Below are positions 20,810-30,329 of a stretch of DNA of 64,000 bases, in pieces. Positions within the stretch are counted from its first letter, which is position 1. Every line of letters begins with the position of its first letter. Position numbers and translations under genes: made by a program. The notes under the pieces are model-generated. The model ran no database searches. It had not been told where the DNA came from and saw only the letters and a program-made list of their open reading frames with translations. This DNA is from an uncultured archaeon (lineage in GTDB: Archaea > Asgardarchaeota > Lokiarchaeia > Sigyniarchaeales > SOKP01): contig CAZWEM010000020.1 of assembly GCA_964632315.1 (NCBI GenBank), positions 1 to 64,000 of the forward strand, in the 5' to 3' direction.

Positions 20810-22519
20810 TTAATTGTCTAAAAATCGTAATCTATTAAGAACCCAATTTTTTCCTAACAACATAATAAATGGACCTAAACGTGGACCAGAGATTTTTCCT
20901 AGAATTATCAAATAGAATGCTTTAAATAAATCTTTAGGAGGGAGATCTTCTATTTGCTTAGAGATATTAAAAATTTCATTCTGTATTATTTCAGATTTCA
21001 AATTTTTTTGAGTTATAAGAAATCTTCTAAATTTCTTAAGTGCAGAAATTTGAGTTTGAGTTAATTGATCGATAATTTTTTGATTAACTTCTTTTGGGAT
21101 AGAAAAGATCCCTAGTTTATCTAATACAAAGTTTTGTTTTTTCTGTTCATATTTTTGTTTTATAATCTTCTTTACTTCCTCCACCCAATTGGCTGTTCTT
21201 TGTAATAATGATTCGAACATCTCAAGGGACGGTAAAGAAATTTCATCATCAGCCCAACTAAGAGCTTTTTCATATAATCTTTCAAGAGGAAGAAGATTTT
21301 GTATCTGAGTTAGAAATAAAAGTAAATCGAAAGAAATTTTGGGCTGCCTTTCTGCTGGTATAGTTTTGATTTTTGTTAATTCATACAAATATTTCATAAA
21401 TTCTTCTTCCTCTTTAGACCCTAATTTTTCAGTATCATAGTATACATTTTCAACTTTTTCAAAATAATCATAATATTGGGGTAACTCTTCTATACGAAGG
21501 GATATGTGTTTCATTGGATTAGTTCGATATATTAACATCCTATAAATCTCTGGATCAGCAATCTCCAAGTATTTTTTTGGAGTAAATACTATTCCTTTAG
21601 AAGTTTTCATATCTTGATCCCCTAATCTTAACCATTCATAAGGTACTTTTACAGGCCCCTCATAGTTATAAATCTTTTGACAAATTTCCAATCCTGTGTC
21701 ATAAGCTCCTCCTTTAACACTGTGATCTTTTCCTGCAGGCTCGCAAGTTGTGTTAAATAATGCCCATTTTGCAGGCCAATCTACACGCCAATTTAGTTTT
21801 ATCTTTCCACTTGAAATAGGAACTACATTACTATAACCACATACGGGACAAGTATAACTTACGCTTTCTTCTTCTTTTAAATAAGAAAGGACCCTATTTG
21901 GGATAATTTCCCCATTAGAAGTTCTTTTTTGGATACGATTGCAATTTTCACATAAAACCATAGCAGGCATCCAAGTCTCTTGCATTTTCAAAAAAGATTT
22001 TTGTTTTTCTTCGTCTAAAGTTGGTAAGATATATTTTTTTAGTATCATTTTAATCAAATCGTTGTTCTCGAGAGCGATTTTGATCTTTGCTTGCATTTCT
22101 TTAGTTTGATATAAGTTAAATGACCAAATTATTTTATTTTCAATACCAAAATCTCTAAACGTTGAAGCTAATTCATCCCCAAAATGATGACCATAACTTT
22201 CACAACCACAATTATTTTCTGGGCAAGGTATCAAAGCAAATGGTTTGCCTAAGTGTTCTTTTTGAAATTGTTTATCAATATAATCTGGAAATCTTTTAGC
22301 AGCATCAAAATCATCGAGGAATAAGAAAAAATCTACTTTTTCTCCTTTATCGGTAAACTTCTTACGTAAAGCTTCACATATTAGGATTTCTCTTAAGATT
22401 CCTAGATGTACATGCCCTGAAGGGGTTTTTCCAGTAGCTAATGTGATTTGCTCTGGTTTTCTATTTGAAATTTCCTTTATAATATCCTCAAGCCAATGTA
22501 CTGAAAATTCTTTATTCAA
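20810..22519 (-). CDS. lysS: Lysine--tRNA ligase, class I
   Basis: TPSGHVHLG, KLNWRVDWP, EPAGKDH, MKTSKG, GPRLG. Confidence 0.97.
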   Translation of the reverse strand: MNKEFSVHWLEDIIKEISNRKPEQITLATGKTPSGHVHLGILREILICEALRKKFTDKGEKVDFFLFLDDFDAAKRFPDYIDKQFQKEHLGKPFALIPCPENNCGCESYGHHFGDELASTFRDFGIENKIIWSFNLYQTKEMQAKIKIALENNDLIKMILKKYILPTLDEEKQKSFLKMQETWMPAMVLCENCNRIQKRTSNGEIIPNRVLSYLKEEESVSYTCPVCGYSNVVPISSGKIKLNWRVDWPAKWALFNTTCEPAGKDHSVKGGAYDTGLEICQKIYNYEGPVKVPYEWLRLGDQDMKTSKGIVFTPKKYLEIADPEIYRMLIYRTNPMKHISLRIEELPQYYDYFEKVENVYYDTEKLGSKEEEEFMKYLYELTKIKTIPAERQPKISFDLLLFLTQIQNLLPLERLYEKALSWADDEISLPSLEMFESLLQRTANWVEEVKKIIKQKYEQKKQNFVLDKLGIFSIPKEVNQKIIDQLTQTQISALKKFRRFLITQKNLKSEIIQNEIFNISKQIEDLPPKDLFKAFYLIILGKISGPRLGPFIMLLGKNWVLNRLRFLDN

Positions 22520-22608
22520 ATTTCTTCATTAAATTTAGCTATTTTATTATCTGATTAAATGAAAAAGATTATTTATCATTTTTCATTTTAGAATATGGTT
22601 AAACAATC

Positions 22609-24402
22609 ATGAGGATTGCTGTACTCAATAAAGATCGTTGTAAACCAGAAAAATGTAGTCCATTTGGAGAAAAACCTTGCATAAAATATTGCCCTAGAGT
22701 ACGAACGGGAGATGATACGATTATCTTAAATCCAGATGGTAAAAATGTAATTATTTCCGAAAATCTATGTACTGGTTGTGGAATTTGCATTAAGAAATGT
22801 CCTTTTAATGCAATAAGCATAGTTAATTTACCTGATCCATTAAAAAGTGAAATTACATATCGGTATGGTCCTGATCAATTTTCTCTTTTCAGAATGGCTA
22901 TTCCAAAAAAAGGAAAAATCTTAGGATTAATTGGTCAAAATGGTATAGGTAAAAGTACTATGTTGAAGATTCTTTCTGGCGATCTAAAAATGAATTTAGG
23001 TCGTTTTGGGCAAGAAACCCCAGACATTGATGAAATAATCGATCATTTTAAAGGATCAGAATTACAACAATACTTTATCAATATGAAATCGAATAAACTA
23101 AATATGGTCCTAAAACCACAAAATATTACAACGATCCCAAAATTTATACAAGGAAAAGTTTATTCGCTTTTAAAGAAAAATGATAGTGAAGATAAATTGG
23201 ATTCTTTAGTCGATTCATTAAATTTAAGAGAAATAATTGATCGCGATATTTCTGTATTATCAGGAGGCGAATTGCAACGAGTTGCCATAGCTGCAGCTTA
23301 TATTAAAAATGGAGATGTCTATCTAATTGATGAACCTAGTTCTTATTTGGATGTGAGTGAAAGAATAAACATGGCTAAATTAATTCGTGAATTAGCAACT
23401 CAAGGGAAAACTGTAGTTTTGGTTGAGCATGATCTGGCCATTTTAGATTATATGAGTGATTATATTTCACTTTTTTATGGTTCACCTGGAGTTTATGGGA
23501 TTATCTCTCATCCACAGAGTGTAAGAGTGGGCATCAACATTTATCTAAATGGATATATAAAGGATGAAAATGTAAGAATTAGGGATGAACCTATAGTTTT
23601 TCATGAACGACCTCCATTGGATTCTGGGTTTAACATTGGAGATGTAATTTTATCTTATCCTGATTTAAAATCAAATTTAGGTAATTTTTCTTTGGAAGTA
23701 AAAGGTAGTGAAATTCATGCGGGAGAAATTATTGGAATTTTAGGACCCAATGGTATAGGAAAATCTACTTTTATCAATTTGCTGGCTAATAATAATATTA
23801 ATAATGAAGAATTAAAAGTTTCAATAAAGCCTCAATATATCAAACTAAACGAATTTGAACTGGTATCAAATTTAATTACAAATATTAAATTAGCTCCTCA
23901 TCTGAGCCAAGCCTATAAAAAGAGAATTATAAATAGTCTAGATCTTGAAAACATAAAGGAAAGGCTATTTGGTGAATTAAGCGGAGGAGAACTTCAAAGA
24001 GTCGCCATAGCCGAATGTTTAACAACCAAAGCAGACATATATCTATTAGATGAGCCTTCTGCTTTTTTGGATGTTGAAATGAGATTGCAAGTTGCTCAGC
24101 TGCTAAGAAAATCAATTGAAGAAATTAAAAAGTCAGCTTTTGTTGTGGAACATGATATAATAACTCAAGATTTTATTGCTGATTCAATTTTAGTTTTTGA
24201 AGGTATTCCTGGAATAAGAGGACTCGCATTGGCACCATTAGATTTAAGAGATGGGTTTAATAAATTCCTAAAAATGATGAATATAACATTTAGAAGAGAT
24301 AATCTAACAAAACGTCCACGAGTAAATAAATCAGGAAGTAACAAAGATTCTTACCAAAAAAGTATTAATGAGTATTATTATATTCCTAAACACACAGGAT
24401 AA
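22609..24402 (+). CDS. abce1: Ribosome recycling ATPase ABCE1/Rli1
   Basis: MRIAV + two FeS Cys clusters, two ABC domains with LSGGELQR, ITFRRD. Confidence 0.97.
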   Translation: MRIAVLNKDRCKPEKCSPFGEKPCIKYCPRVRTGDDTIILNPDGKNVIISENLCTGCGICIKKCPFNAISIVNLPDPLKSEITYRYGPDQFSLFRMAIPKKGKILGLIGQNGIGKSTMLKILSGDLKMNLGRFGQETPDIDEIIDHFKGSELQQYFINMKSNKLNMVLKPQNITTIPKFIQGKVYSLLKKNDSEDKLDSLVDSLNLREIIDRDISVLSGGELQRVAIAAAYIKNGDVYLIDEPSSYLDVSERINMAKLIRELATQGKTVVLVEHDLAILDYMSDYISLFYGSPGVYGIISHPQSVRVGINIYLNGYIKDENVRIRDEPIVFHERPPLDSGFNIGDVILSYPDLKSNLGNFSLEVKGSEIHAGEIIGILGPNGIGKSTFINLLANNNINNEELKVSIKPQYIKLNEFELVSNLITNIKLAPHLSQAYKKRIINSLDLENIKERLFGELSGGELQRVAIAECLTTKADIYLLDEPSAFLDVEMRLQVAQLLRKSIEEIKKSAFVVEHDIITQDFIADSILVFEGIPGIRGLALAPLDLRDGFNKFLKMMNITFRRDNLTKRPRVNKSGSNKDSYQKSINEYYYIPKHTG

Positions 24403-24666
24403 AGAATATTTTAGCATTATATTATTATTTCTCTATTTCTTACACCTTAATTTCGAGTGGAAAATTTCAATGTTCTTTTTTGAATTAAGCTTGTTTAATT
24501 AATGATTAATAAAATTTTTTATATAAGATTAAACAATTTTTTATTGGGGGCCATTTAATATATATATTTATAATTTTTGTTTATGACATTTAACTAAATA
24601 TTCCAATGGAAATGATGCAGTATCTAGGGGATATTTAATCAGAATATAAAGTAAAAAAAAATTATA

Positions 24667-24927
24667 TTATTTTAATTTCCAAAACACTAAAGGTCTTCCT
24701 CTCTTGCCATTACTTCTGGTATATTTCTCTAAGACTTTTCTTTTCTGCAATTTCAATAAATTATCATATATTGTAGTCCTGGGGGTATTAAGTTGTTTCA
24801 CTAATTGATTCCTAGTAAGTGGCCCATTTTCTTCAAGAGTTTTTAATAATATATTTTGCAGCGGGGTATTGAGATCACTAGATTCAAATTCTTTTTCTAA
24901 TGAAATATTATTTGCCATTTTAATCAC
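24667..24927 (-). CDS. Winged-helix transcriptional regulator
   Basis: GPLTRNQL...TPRTTIYDNL..L...GKRGRP..FW. Confidence 0.8.
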   Translation of the reverse strand: MIKMANNISLEKEFESSDLNTPLQNILLKTLEENGPLTRNQLVKQLNTPRTTIYDNLLKLQKRKVLEKYTRSNGKRGRPLVFWKLK

Positions 24928-25124
24928 TCCACAAATTCTTTATTCAAAATCGACAATTTTTCGACATTTTTAATGTAATTTCATTAAAGAGTATTACATA
25001 ATAATATAAACTCAAAATATATTTAAAGATGCTTATTTATGCAATATTATCATCATTTGGCATAGATTTAAATACAACAAAATTTTTGTTAATATTGAAT
25101 ATTCTTAAAAATTGAAATAAACCT

Positions 25125-25493
25125 ATGACTGAAACTGCCAGAACAACTGTTACATTAAGCTTGGTGAGTATGAAACAAGTTGAGGAACTAGTAGGAGTCT
25201 TTGGTAATTCACCAGCTTCGGTAATAAGCAGAATTGTTGAGCATTTCTTTGATTATGGAAGATTTGATGATGTTTTATCAAGCTTAAGGGCAAAAAAAAG
25301 AGCGATGTATCCTCCTGAAGAATCAATTCTAAAAGAGAAAATTATGAACTTATTTAAGGGAGCAGATAAAATACCCCTAAAAGACTTTATAGAATACTTA
25401 GAAGTAGATAAGAATTATGTTCTAGATAACATTTTTGAATGGTCAAAAAAATATGAGATTAAAATGATAGAAAATCTAATAGTTAAACAATAA
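25125..25493 (+). CDS. Ribbon-helix-helix protein with C-terminal winged-helix/PCI-like module
   Basis: RTTVTLS...ASVISRIV (RHH pattern); KIPLKDFIEYLEVD..VLD.IFEW. Confidence 0.55.
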   Translation: MTETARTTVTLSLVSMKQVEELVGVFGNSPASVISRIVEHFFDYGRFDDVLSSLRAKKRAMYPPEESILKEKIMNLFKGADKIPLKDFIEYLEVDKNYVLDNIFEWSKKYEIKMIENLIVKQ

Positions 25494-25513
25494 AAATAAT
25501 GATTTATTCTTAC

Positions 25514-25729
25514 CTATCCTCCAATTCCTCCAATTATATCAAAAAAGTCGTTAGACAAACCTAGTGTCCAATTAAGAATTGATGTAATAACACCTACGAG
25601 AATAAAAAAAACAAATAGTGCAAATCCAATTAGTAAAGCATACTCCACCAAGTTTCCACCAAAATCATCTCTAATAAAATTTCGAACTTTCTTATAAAAA
25701 ATTTTTATTAGCTTTCTTATTTTTATCAT
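25514..25729 (-). CDS. Flp/Fap-type (type IVc) prepilin
   Basis: Basic leader ending FIRDDFG, then GNLVEYALLIGF (E+5, Y+6 Flp motif), one hydrophobic helix, 71 aa total. Confidence 0.8.
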   Translation of the reverse strand: MIKIRKLIKIFYKKVRNFIRDDFGGNLVEYALLIGFALFVFFILVGVITSILNWTLGLSNDFFDIIGGIGG

Positions 25730-25785
25730 TCTATTACTTATTTATTCTCTTTTCAAAAAATAAGTATAAAAAGTAAACTATTAAC

Positions 25786-26199
25786 TCAATCTAGAATTTT
25801 TAATTTAATATTTTCAAGTTGACTATCATCAACTTGGATTTTAGGGATCTTTAATCTGAATTTAGAATCATTTTTTGACCTAGGAATAATGTGGATGTGA
25901 AAATGGTTAATAACTTGCCCAGCTGCGACAAAATTATTTTGTAATATATTATATCCATCTATTTCCAACTTATTATGAATTATTTTTCCCAATTGCTTCA
26001 CAACAAGAATTAAATGTTTTAAAATATTATCTGGAATATCTTCAATAGTGTTAAAATGAATTCTAGGAATTATTAGAGAATGACCTTTAGAAACAGGGAA
26101 TATATCAAGGATACCAATACATATATCATCCTCATAAATGCGTTTAGAAGGAATCTTCTCAGAAATTATTTCACAAAACAAGCAATTAGTTTCATTCAT
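25786..26199 (-). CDS. HIT family hydrolase
   Basis: CLFCEI, GHSLIIP, AGQVINHFHIHIIPR. Confidence 0.95.
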   Translation of the reverse strand: MNETNCLFCEIISEKIPSKRIYEDDICIGILDIFPVSKGHSLIIPRIHFNTIEDIPDNILKHLILVVKQLGKIIHNKLEIDGYNILQNNFVAAGQVINHFHIHIIPRSKNDSKFRLKIPKIQVDDSQLENIKLKILD

Positions 26200-26340
26200 T
26201 TGATAATCAGTCTAAATTTAATGTTTTTGTAAGATATTAAAGAATGAATAAAATATATATATTTTAATAAATCTGTACTCAGACTTGTTTTTTTTTACTT
26301 TGACTAATTTATTAATCTTAAGTAAAAGGTAATTTTTATT

Positions 26341-27156
26341 ATGAATTTAGCAGAAATAAATCAACTTCTTAATGAGAAAATCTCTCCAAAAGAATATAAA
26401 ATAAAATCGGAAGTATATGGACTTCATTATAGTGAAGGAAATGGTCAAAAAATAATCAAGAAAGTTATATTAACGGTTGATTTGAATCTGGAAGTCATTC
26501 ATTATGCAATTCTTAATAAAATTAATCTTATAATATCTCATCATGGCTTGTTTAGAAGTTCCTTTAAAAATTTTAATCCCAGTTTAATCAAAAAATTGAA
26601 ATTACTTTCAAATTATCCCATTTCAATCTATGTTTTGAATACTCCATTTGTTTGTGCTGAAGGAGGGATTTCAGAAACTTTAATGAATATTCTCTACTTA
26701 GAGTTAGATGACATATTCAAGATTCAAATTAAATCTTATCAAAAAATACCAATTGGAAGAATTTGTCATCCTGAAACATTTGATCTGAAAAAAAGCTTAC
26801 TAACCCTAGAAAATATTCTGGAGAGAATTAAGATCAATCTAAAAATGAGTCAAATTCACTATGTAGGGACCTTAAAGAGAATAATAAAGAAAATCTGTCT
26901 TATTGGTGGAGAATTTATTAATGAAAGCGTATTAACAAAAGCTAAAAGTATAGGTTGCGACTGTGTTATATCATTTAAAATTGACCATCATCTTGCAGGA
27001 TTTGCTCGTGATATAGATTTAGTCCTTATCGCAGTCTCCCATTATCAAACAGAAAATATATCCTTAAGGAAATTATGTAATATTTTAAGTCTAGAATATC
27101 CAAAGTGTGAGTTTTCATTATATGATTCGAATGATCCACAACAAATCTATACTTAG
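26341..27156 (+). CDS. Nif3/YbgI-like dinuclear metal-centre protein (partly degenerate)
   Basis: TVD, IISHHG, IGRI, SHYQTE; the usual HTNLD motif reads NTPFV. Confidence 0.85.
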   Translation: MNLAEINQLLNEKISPKEYKIKSEVYGLHYSEGNGQKIIKKVILTVDLNLEVIHYAILNKINLIISHHGLFRSSFKNFNPSLIKKLKLLSNYPISIYVLNTPFVCAEGGISETLMNILYLELDDIFKIQIKSYQKIPIGRICHPETFDLKKSLLTLENILERIKINLKMSQIHYVGTLKRIIKKICLIGGEFINESVLTKAKSIGCDCVISFKIDHHLAGFARDIDLVLIAVSHYQTENISLRKLCNILSLEYPKCEFSLYDSNDPQQIYT

Positions 27157-27266
27157 TTTGAAATTATGACTTTACAATTTACTTTTCAAGTTTATACTTT
27201 GCTTAAATTAAAAAATGTGTAATCGATCATTAATTTAATTAAACAGTAATATTCAAACGTGTTTTT

Positions 27267-27848
27267 ATGCCATTAATCGAATATAATGGAAAAAGTCCCA
27301 TAATTAGTGAGAATAGTTATGTATCACCTATGGCAACACTCATTGGTGATGTTAAAGTAAATGAGAATGCAGTTATATGGCCTGGTGCAATTATTAGAGC
27401 TGAAAATTCTAAAATAAATATTGGGGAATTTTCGAGCATTTTTGATGGGGTAATTTTATTTACCAGATCTTCTAAAAGTTCTATTAATGTAGGGCGATAT
27501 TGTATTATTGAAACTGGTGTTACAATTTTAGGAACATTTATGGAGGATTACGTACAAATAATGGAAGGCTCTTTGATCTACGAAGAATCGTCCATAGGTG
27601 AAGGATGTATAATAACTCCAAAAAGCCAAGTACCTCCAGGATTAACAATACCAGCAAGATCAGTTTTGAAAGGTATACCAGTACAACCTATTAAAGAACA
27701 ATCTAGAAATGAGGTTTTAAAACAAAAAGAAAGAGCAGAACATTACTCTCAATTATTTATCAAAATAATGAATCAATTACCAAATGCTCAAGGTTATCTT
27801 CTCACATTACCTGATTTCGTAAAAAATTATTTAAAAAAAGAAGATTAA
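27267..27848 (+). CDS. Gamma-carbonic-anhydrase-like hexapeptide (left-handed beta-helix) protein
   Basis: SP.I...YV.P.ATLIGDV, IWPGAIIRA, IP.RS..KG.P; Zn-binding His residues absent. Confidence 0.85.
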   Translation: MPLIEYNGKSPIISENSYVSPMATLIGDVKVNENAVIWPGAIIRAENSKINIGEFSSIFDGVILFTRSSKSSINVGRYCIIETGVTILGTFMEDYVQIMEGSLIYEESSIGEGCIITPKSQVPPGLTIPARSVLKGIPVQPIKEQSRNEVLKQKERAEHYSQLFIKIMNQLPNAQGYLLTLPDFVKNYLKKED

Positions 27849-27869
27849 AGTAAATGAAAAAATAAATAT

Positions 27870-28757
27870 TTAATATTTTATATTTAATTTTGAAACAAGC
27901 TCTTTATACCTGGAACGTAATGTCACTTCAGTAACCCCAACAATATTAGCAATTTCTTTCTGTGAAATTCTTTTGTCTTTCTTCTTACTTACTAAATATA
28001 ATGCTCCAGCACACAATCCTTTTGGATCCTTGCCGCTTGTTGAATATTGGGAAATAAAGGTTCTTAAAACATTAATGGTAGATTTCTCAACATCAGCATC
28101 TAGTCCCAATTCAGCAATATATCGAGGAATCAGAGAGATAGGATCGGTTGATGGTACTTTTAAATTTAATTCTCTTATCAACGTCCTGTAGCATCTCCGA
28201 ACATTTTTCGCTGAAACTGAAGTCTCATCCAAAATTTCTTGGAGAGTTCTGGGGATTTTTCTTTCTCTACAAGCAAAGTATAAACAAGCAGCAACCATTC
28301 CATTAATGGATCTCCCTCTTAATAGTTTTTTCTTAAAAGCATTTATATAAAGGCGTATTGCTGTTTTTTTAATGTGGTTAGGTAAATTTAAATTACTTCC
28401 TATTCTCTTTAATTCTGTTGTTGCTATGAGCATATTTCGCTTGTCCCATGTCATCCTCGAATTCCATTTGGCTGCTCTTTTAAGATCAGGGCTCTTAATG
28501 CTTGACTTATCAATGATAGTGCTTAAGCCCATATCTGGTAATAAAATAGAAATGGGAGATCCAGTGCTTTCTCTTTTCTCTTTTTCCTGTTTAGTAAAAG
28601 CCCTCTTTCCACTATGCGAAATATCTAATATTCTCTCGTTTATAACTAGGCCACATTGACTACAAACAATCTCACCCTTTTCTTGAATGGAAATGGTGCT
28701 ACCTTTACATTCTGGGCATAAATTTGAAAAATTGGTTGTCTCTAATTTAATTTCCAT
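27870..28757 (-). CDS. tfb: Transcription initiation factor IIB
   Basis: CPEC..GEIVCSQCG, LLRGRS, PRTLQEI, SGKDPKG, QKEIA...VTEVTLR. Confidence 0.95.
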   Translation of the reverse strand: MEIKLETTNFSNLCPECKGSTISIQEKGEIVCSQCGLVINERILDISHSGKRAFTKQEKEKRESTGSPISILLPDMGLSTIIDKSSIKSPDLKRAAKWNSRMTWDKRNMLIATTELKRIGSNLNLPNHIKKTAIRLYINAFKKKLLRGRSINGMVAACLYFACRERKIPRTLQEILDETSVSAKNVRRCYRTLIRELNLKVPSTDPISLIPRYIAELGLDADVEKSTINVLRTFISQYSTSGKDPKGLCAGALYLVSKKKDKRISQKEIANIVGVTEVTLRSRYKELVSKLNIKY

Positions 28758-28976
28758 AAAATTATCCTCTTAATAAAAATTATTAATATATCTATAGCCA
28801 ATTATGTATGACTATTTTTGACCCCGCAATTATTAAGTAAACGAAAAAATTGATTTGTGACTGAAATCAAGTTTACTTCTTCAATGCAAAATATTTATAT
28901 GAAACTTAATTATATAAATCTTTCGATAGCTCATTGGATTTGTTATATCTTGCTGATTTTTTCTAAAAAAAATCTT

Positions 28977-29507
28977 TTATAGAAGATATGGAAGGCATTC
29001 CATTCCAAAAAATAAAATTTCTATATTTGAAATTACTAATAATGTGATTACTTTTTTAGGGTTACTAATTACTCTATTATTATTGATTAAATAAAATAAA
29101 GCCATAAAGTATTGTAAAATAGCAGAAAAAGATAATATAGCGATAATAGGATGAAAAAGTTCAATAAAAAGTGAAAGATTAGTACAATATTCCTCTGGTA
29201 TAACATTAGTTAATGAATTTAGTGATAATAATAAAATCCCATTAAAATTACGGAATGACCAAATTAGCATATATGTGAGATAATTAAATAATATCCCAAA
29301 CCCAATTATAATATAAGTAAAACCTAAAATTAATCTTACCTTACGCATCGCCCTATTATTACTTGATGGATCCCCTTTTATTCTTTGTTGTAAATAGACT
29401 CCCCTTAGTCTAAATAAAATAAGAATTCCAATACTGAATAAAACACTAACCAAAGTAAATTTTAAGAAAGCAAATATCACTTCAAAAAAAGTTAAATTGT
29501 TTAGCAT
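28977..29507 (-). CDS. Membrane protein
   Basis: About four TM segments. Confidence 0.6.
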   Translation of the reverse strand: MLNNLTFFEVIFAFLKFTLVSVLFSIGILILFRLRGVYLQQRIKGDPSSNNRAMRKVRLILGFTYIIIGFGILFNYLTYMLIWSFRNFNGILLLSLNSLTNVIPEEYCTNLSLFIELFHPIIAILSFSAILQYFMALFYLINNNRVISNPKKVITLLVISNIEILFFGMECLPYLL

Positions 29508-29557
29508 AATATAAGTTAATTTTGAGAAAAACTATAAAAATCTCTTTGAAAAAGATT

Positions 29558-29998
29558 TCAAATTATTTTTTCGCATTCATTATTTATTTCTTTCATTGTT
29601 AGATTAAAATCCTGCCACCAATCTTGACCTTGTTGGGCAACTATCATAGGGTCTACTTTCCTTGAATCTAGGCATCTAATTTCCTCTTTTTGAGCCTTAA
29701 CTTTATCCCTCCAAATCTGACTGATTATATTTTGGATATTTATCTTGACTTGCTTTATCAATTCCTCATATGTAACAGAAACATCTACAGTTTTTTGTAA
29801 TTTTTGGAGTTGTTCAAACTTTATCTTTTCTTTGGTTCTATTTAGATCACTACATTTTATAGATAACGTGAATGGAGTTTCTTTTCCATATTTGCAATAT
29901 TTTTGGATCTCACAGGGAGAACAATAACTCTCAAAACTAATTATATATTCTTCTAACCCTACTATTGAAAAATTTAGGATATTTGGCAAATAAATCAA
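29558..29998 (-). CDS. Hypothetical Cys-rich protein
   Basis: CxxC-x4-C-x13-C putative metal site. Confidence 0.6.
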   Translation of the reverse strand: MIYLPNILNFSIVGLEEYIISFESYCSPCEIQKYCKYGKETPFTLSIKCSDLNRTKEKIKFEQLQKLQKTVDVSVTYEELIKQVKINIQNIISQIWRDKVKAQKEEIRCLDSRKVDPMIVAQQGQDWWQDFNLTMKEINNECEKII

Positions 29999-30127
29999 CT
30001 TTTATGTTTATATATATAACATACCAAAATGACTATTAAAAAAATTTTTTAACTATATATTATTTAAATTATTCAATTTAGTGCAAAACATATTCATAAA
30101 AATAAATTAGCTTCGGGGAAGAAACCC

Positions 30128-30265
30128 GGGAGAGTAGACTCGTAGAGTTTATGAGTCTCTCTATTGGCTTAGCCTGGTATAGCGCACGGCTGATAACCGT
30201 GGATCCTTCTTCTCGATCCACGGGTTGTGACCGTGAGGTCGGGGGTTCGAAGCCCCCCTTTCCCA
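30128..30265 (+). tRNA. tRNA-Ile(GAT) with two introns (30135-30164 at 7/8; 30196-30229 at 37/38)
   Basis: Spliced product GGGAGAG TG GCTTAGCCTGGTATAGC G CACGG CTGATAA CCGTG AGGTC GGGGG TTCGAAG CCCCC CTTTCCC A folds as a typical archaeal tRNA-Ile; both inserts form hairpins. Confidence 0.88.
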
Positions 30266-30329
30266 TTTATTATTCATGAAAAATCCTCTTTAAAAAATTT
30301 CTTATTTAATATTTTGATAAAATAAATCA

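Noticed and set aside
28835-28878. Hairpin as a SECIS element
   Set aside because: No AUGA/GA core or apical AA, and no TGA-interrupted gene nearby
30219-30235. Second anticodon-like arm with TGT (possible alternatively spliced tRNA-Thr)
   Set aside because: G at position 32, no splice motif that would yield it, and the tRNA body is Ile-type
30078-30266. 62-aa minus-strand ORF (MGKGGFEPPTSRS...)
   Set aside because: Antisense shadow of the tRNA-Ile gene; GFEP is the reverse-complemented T loop
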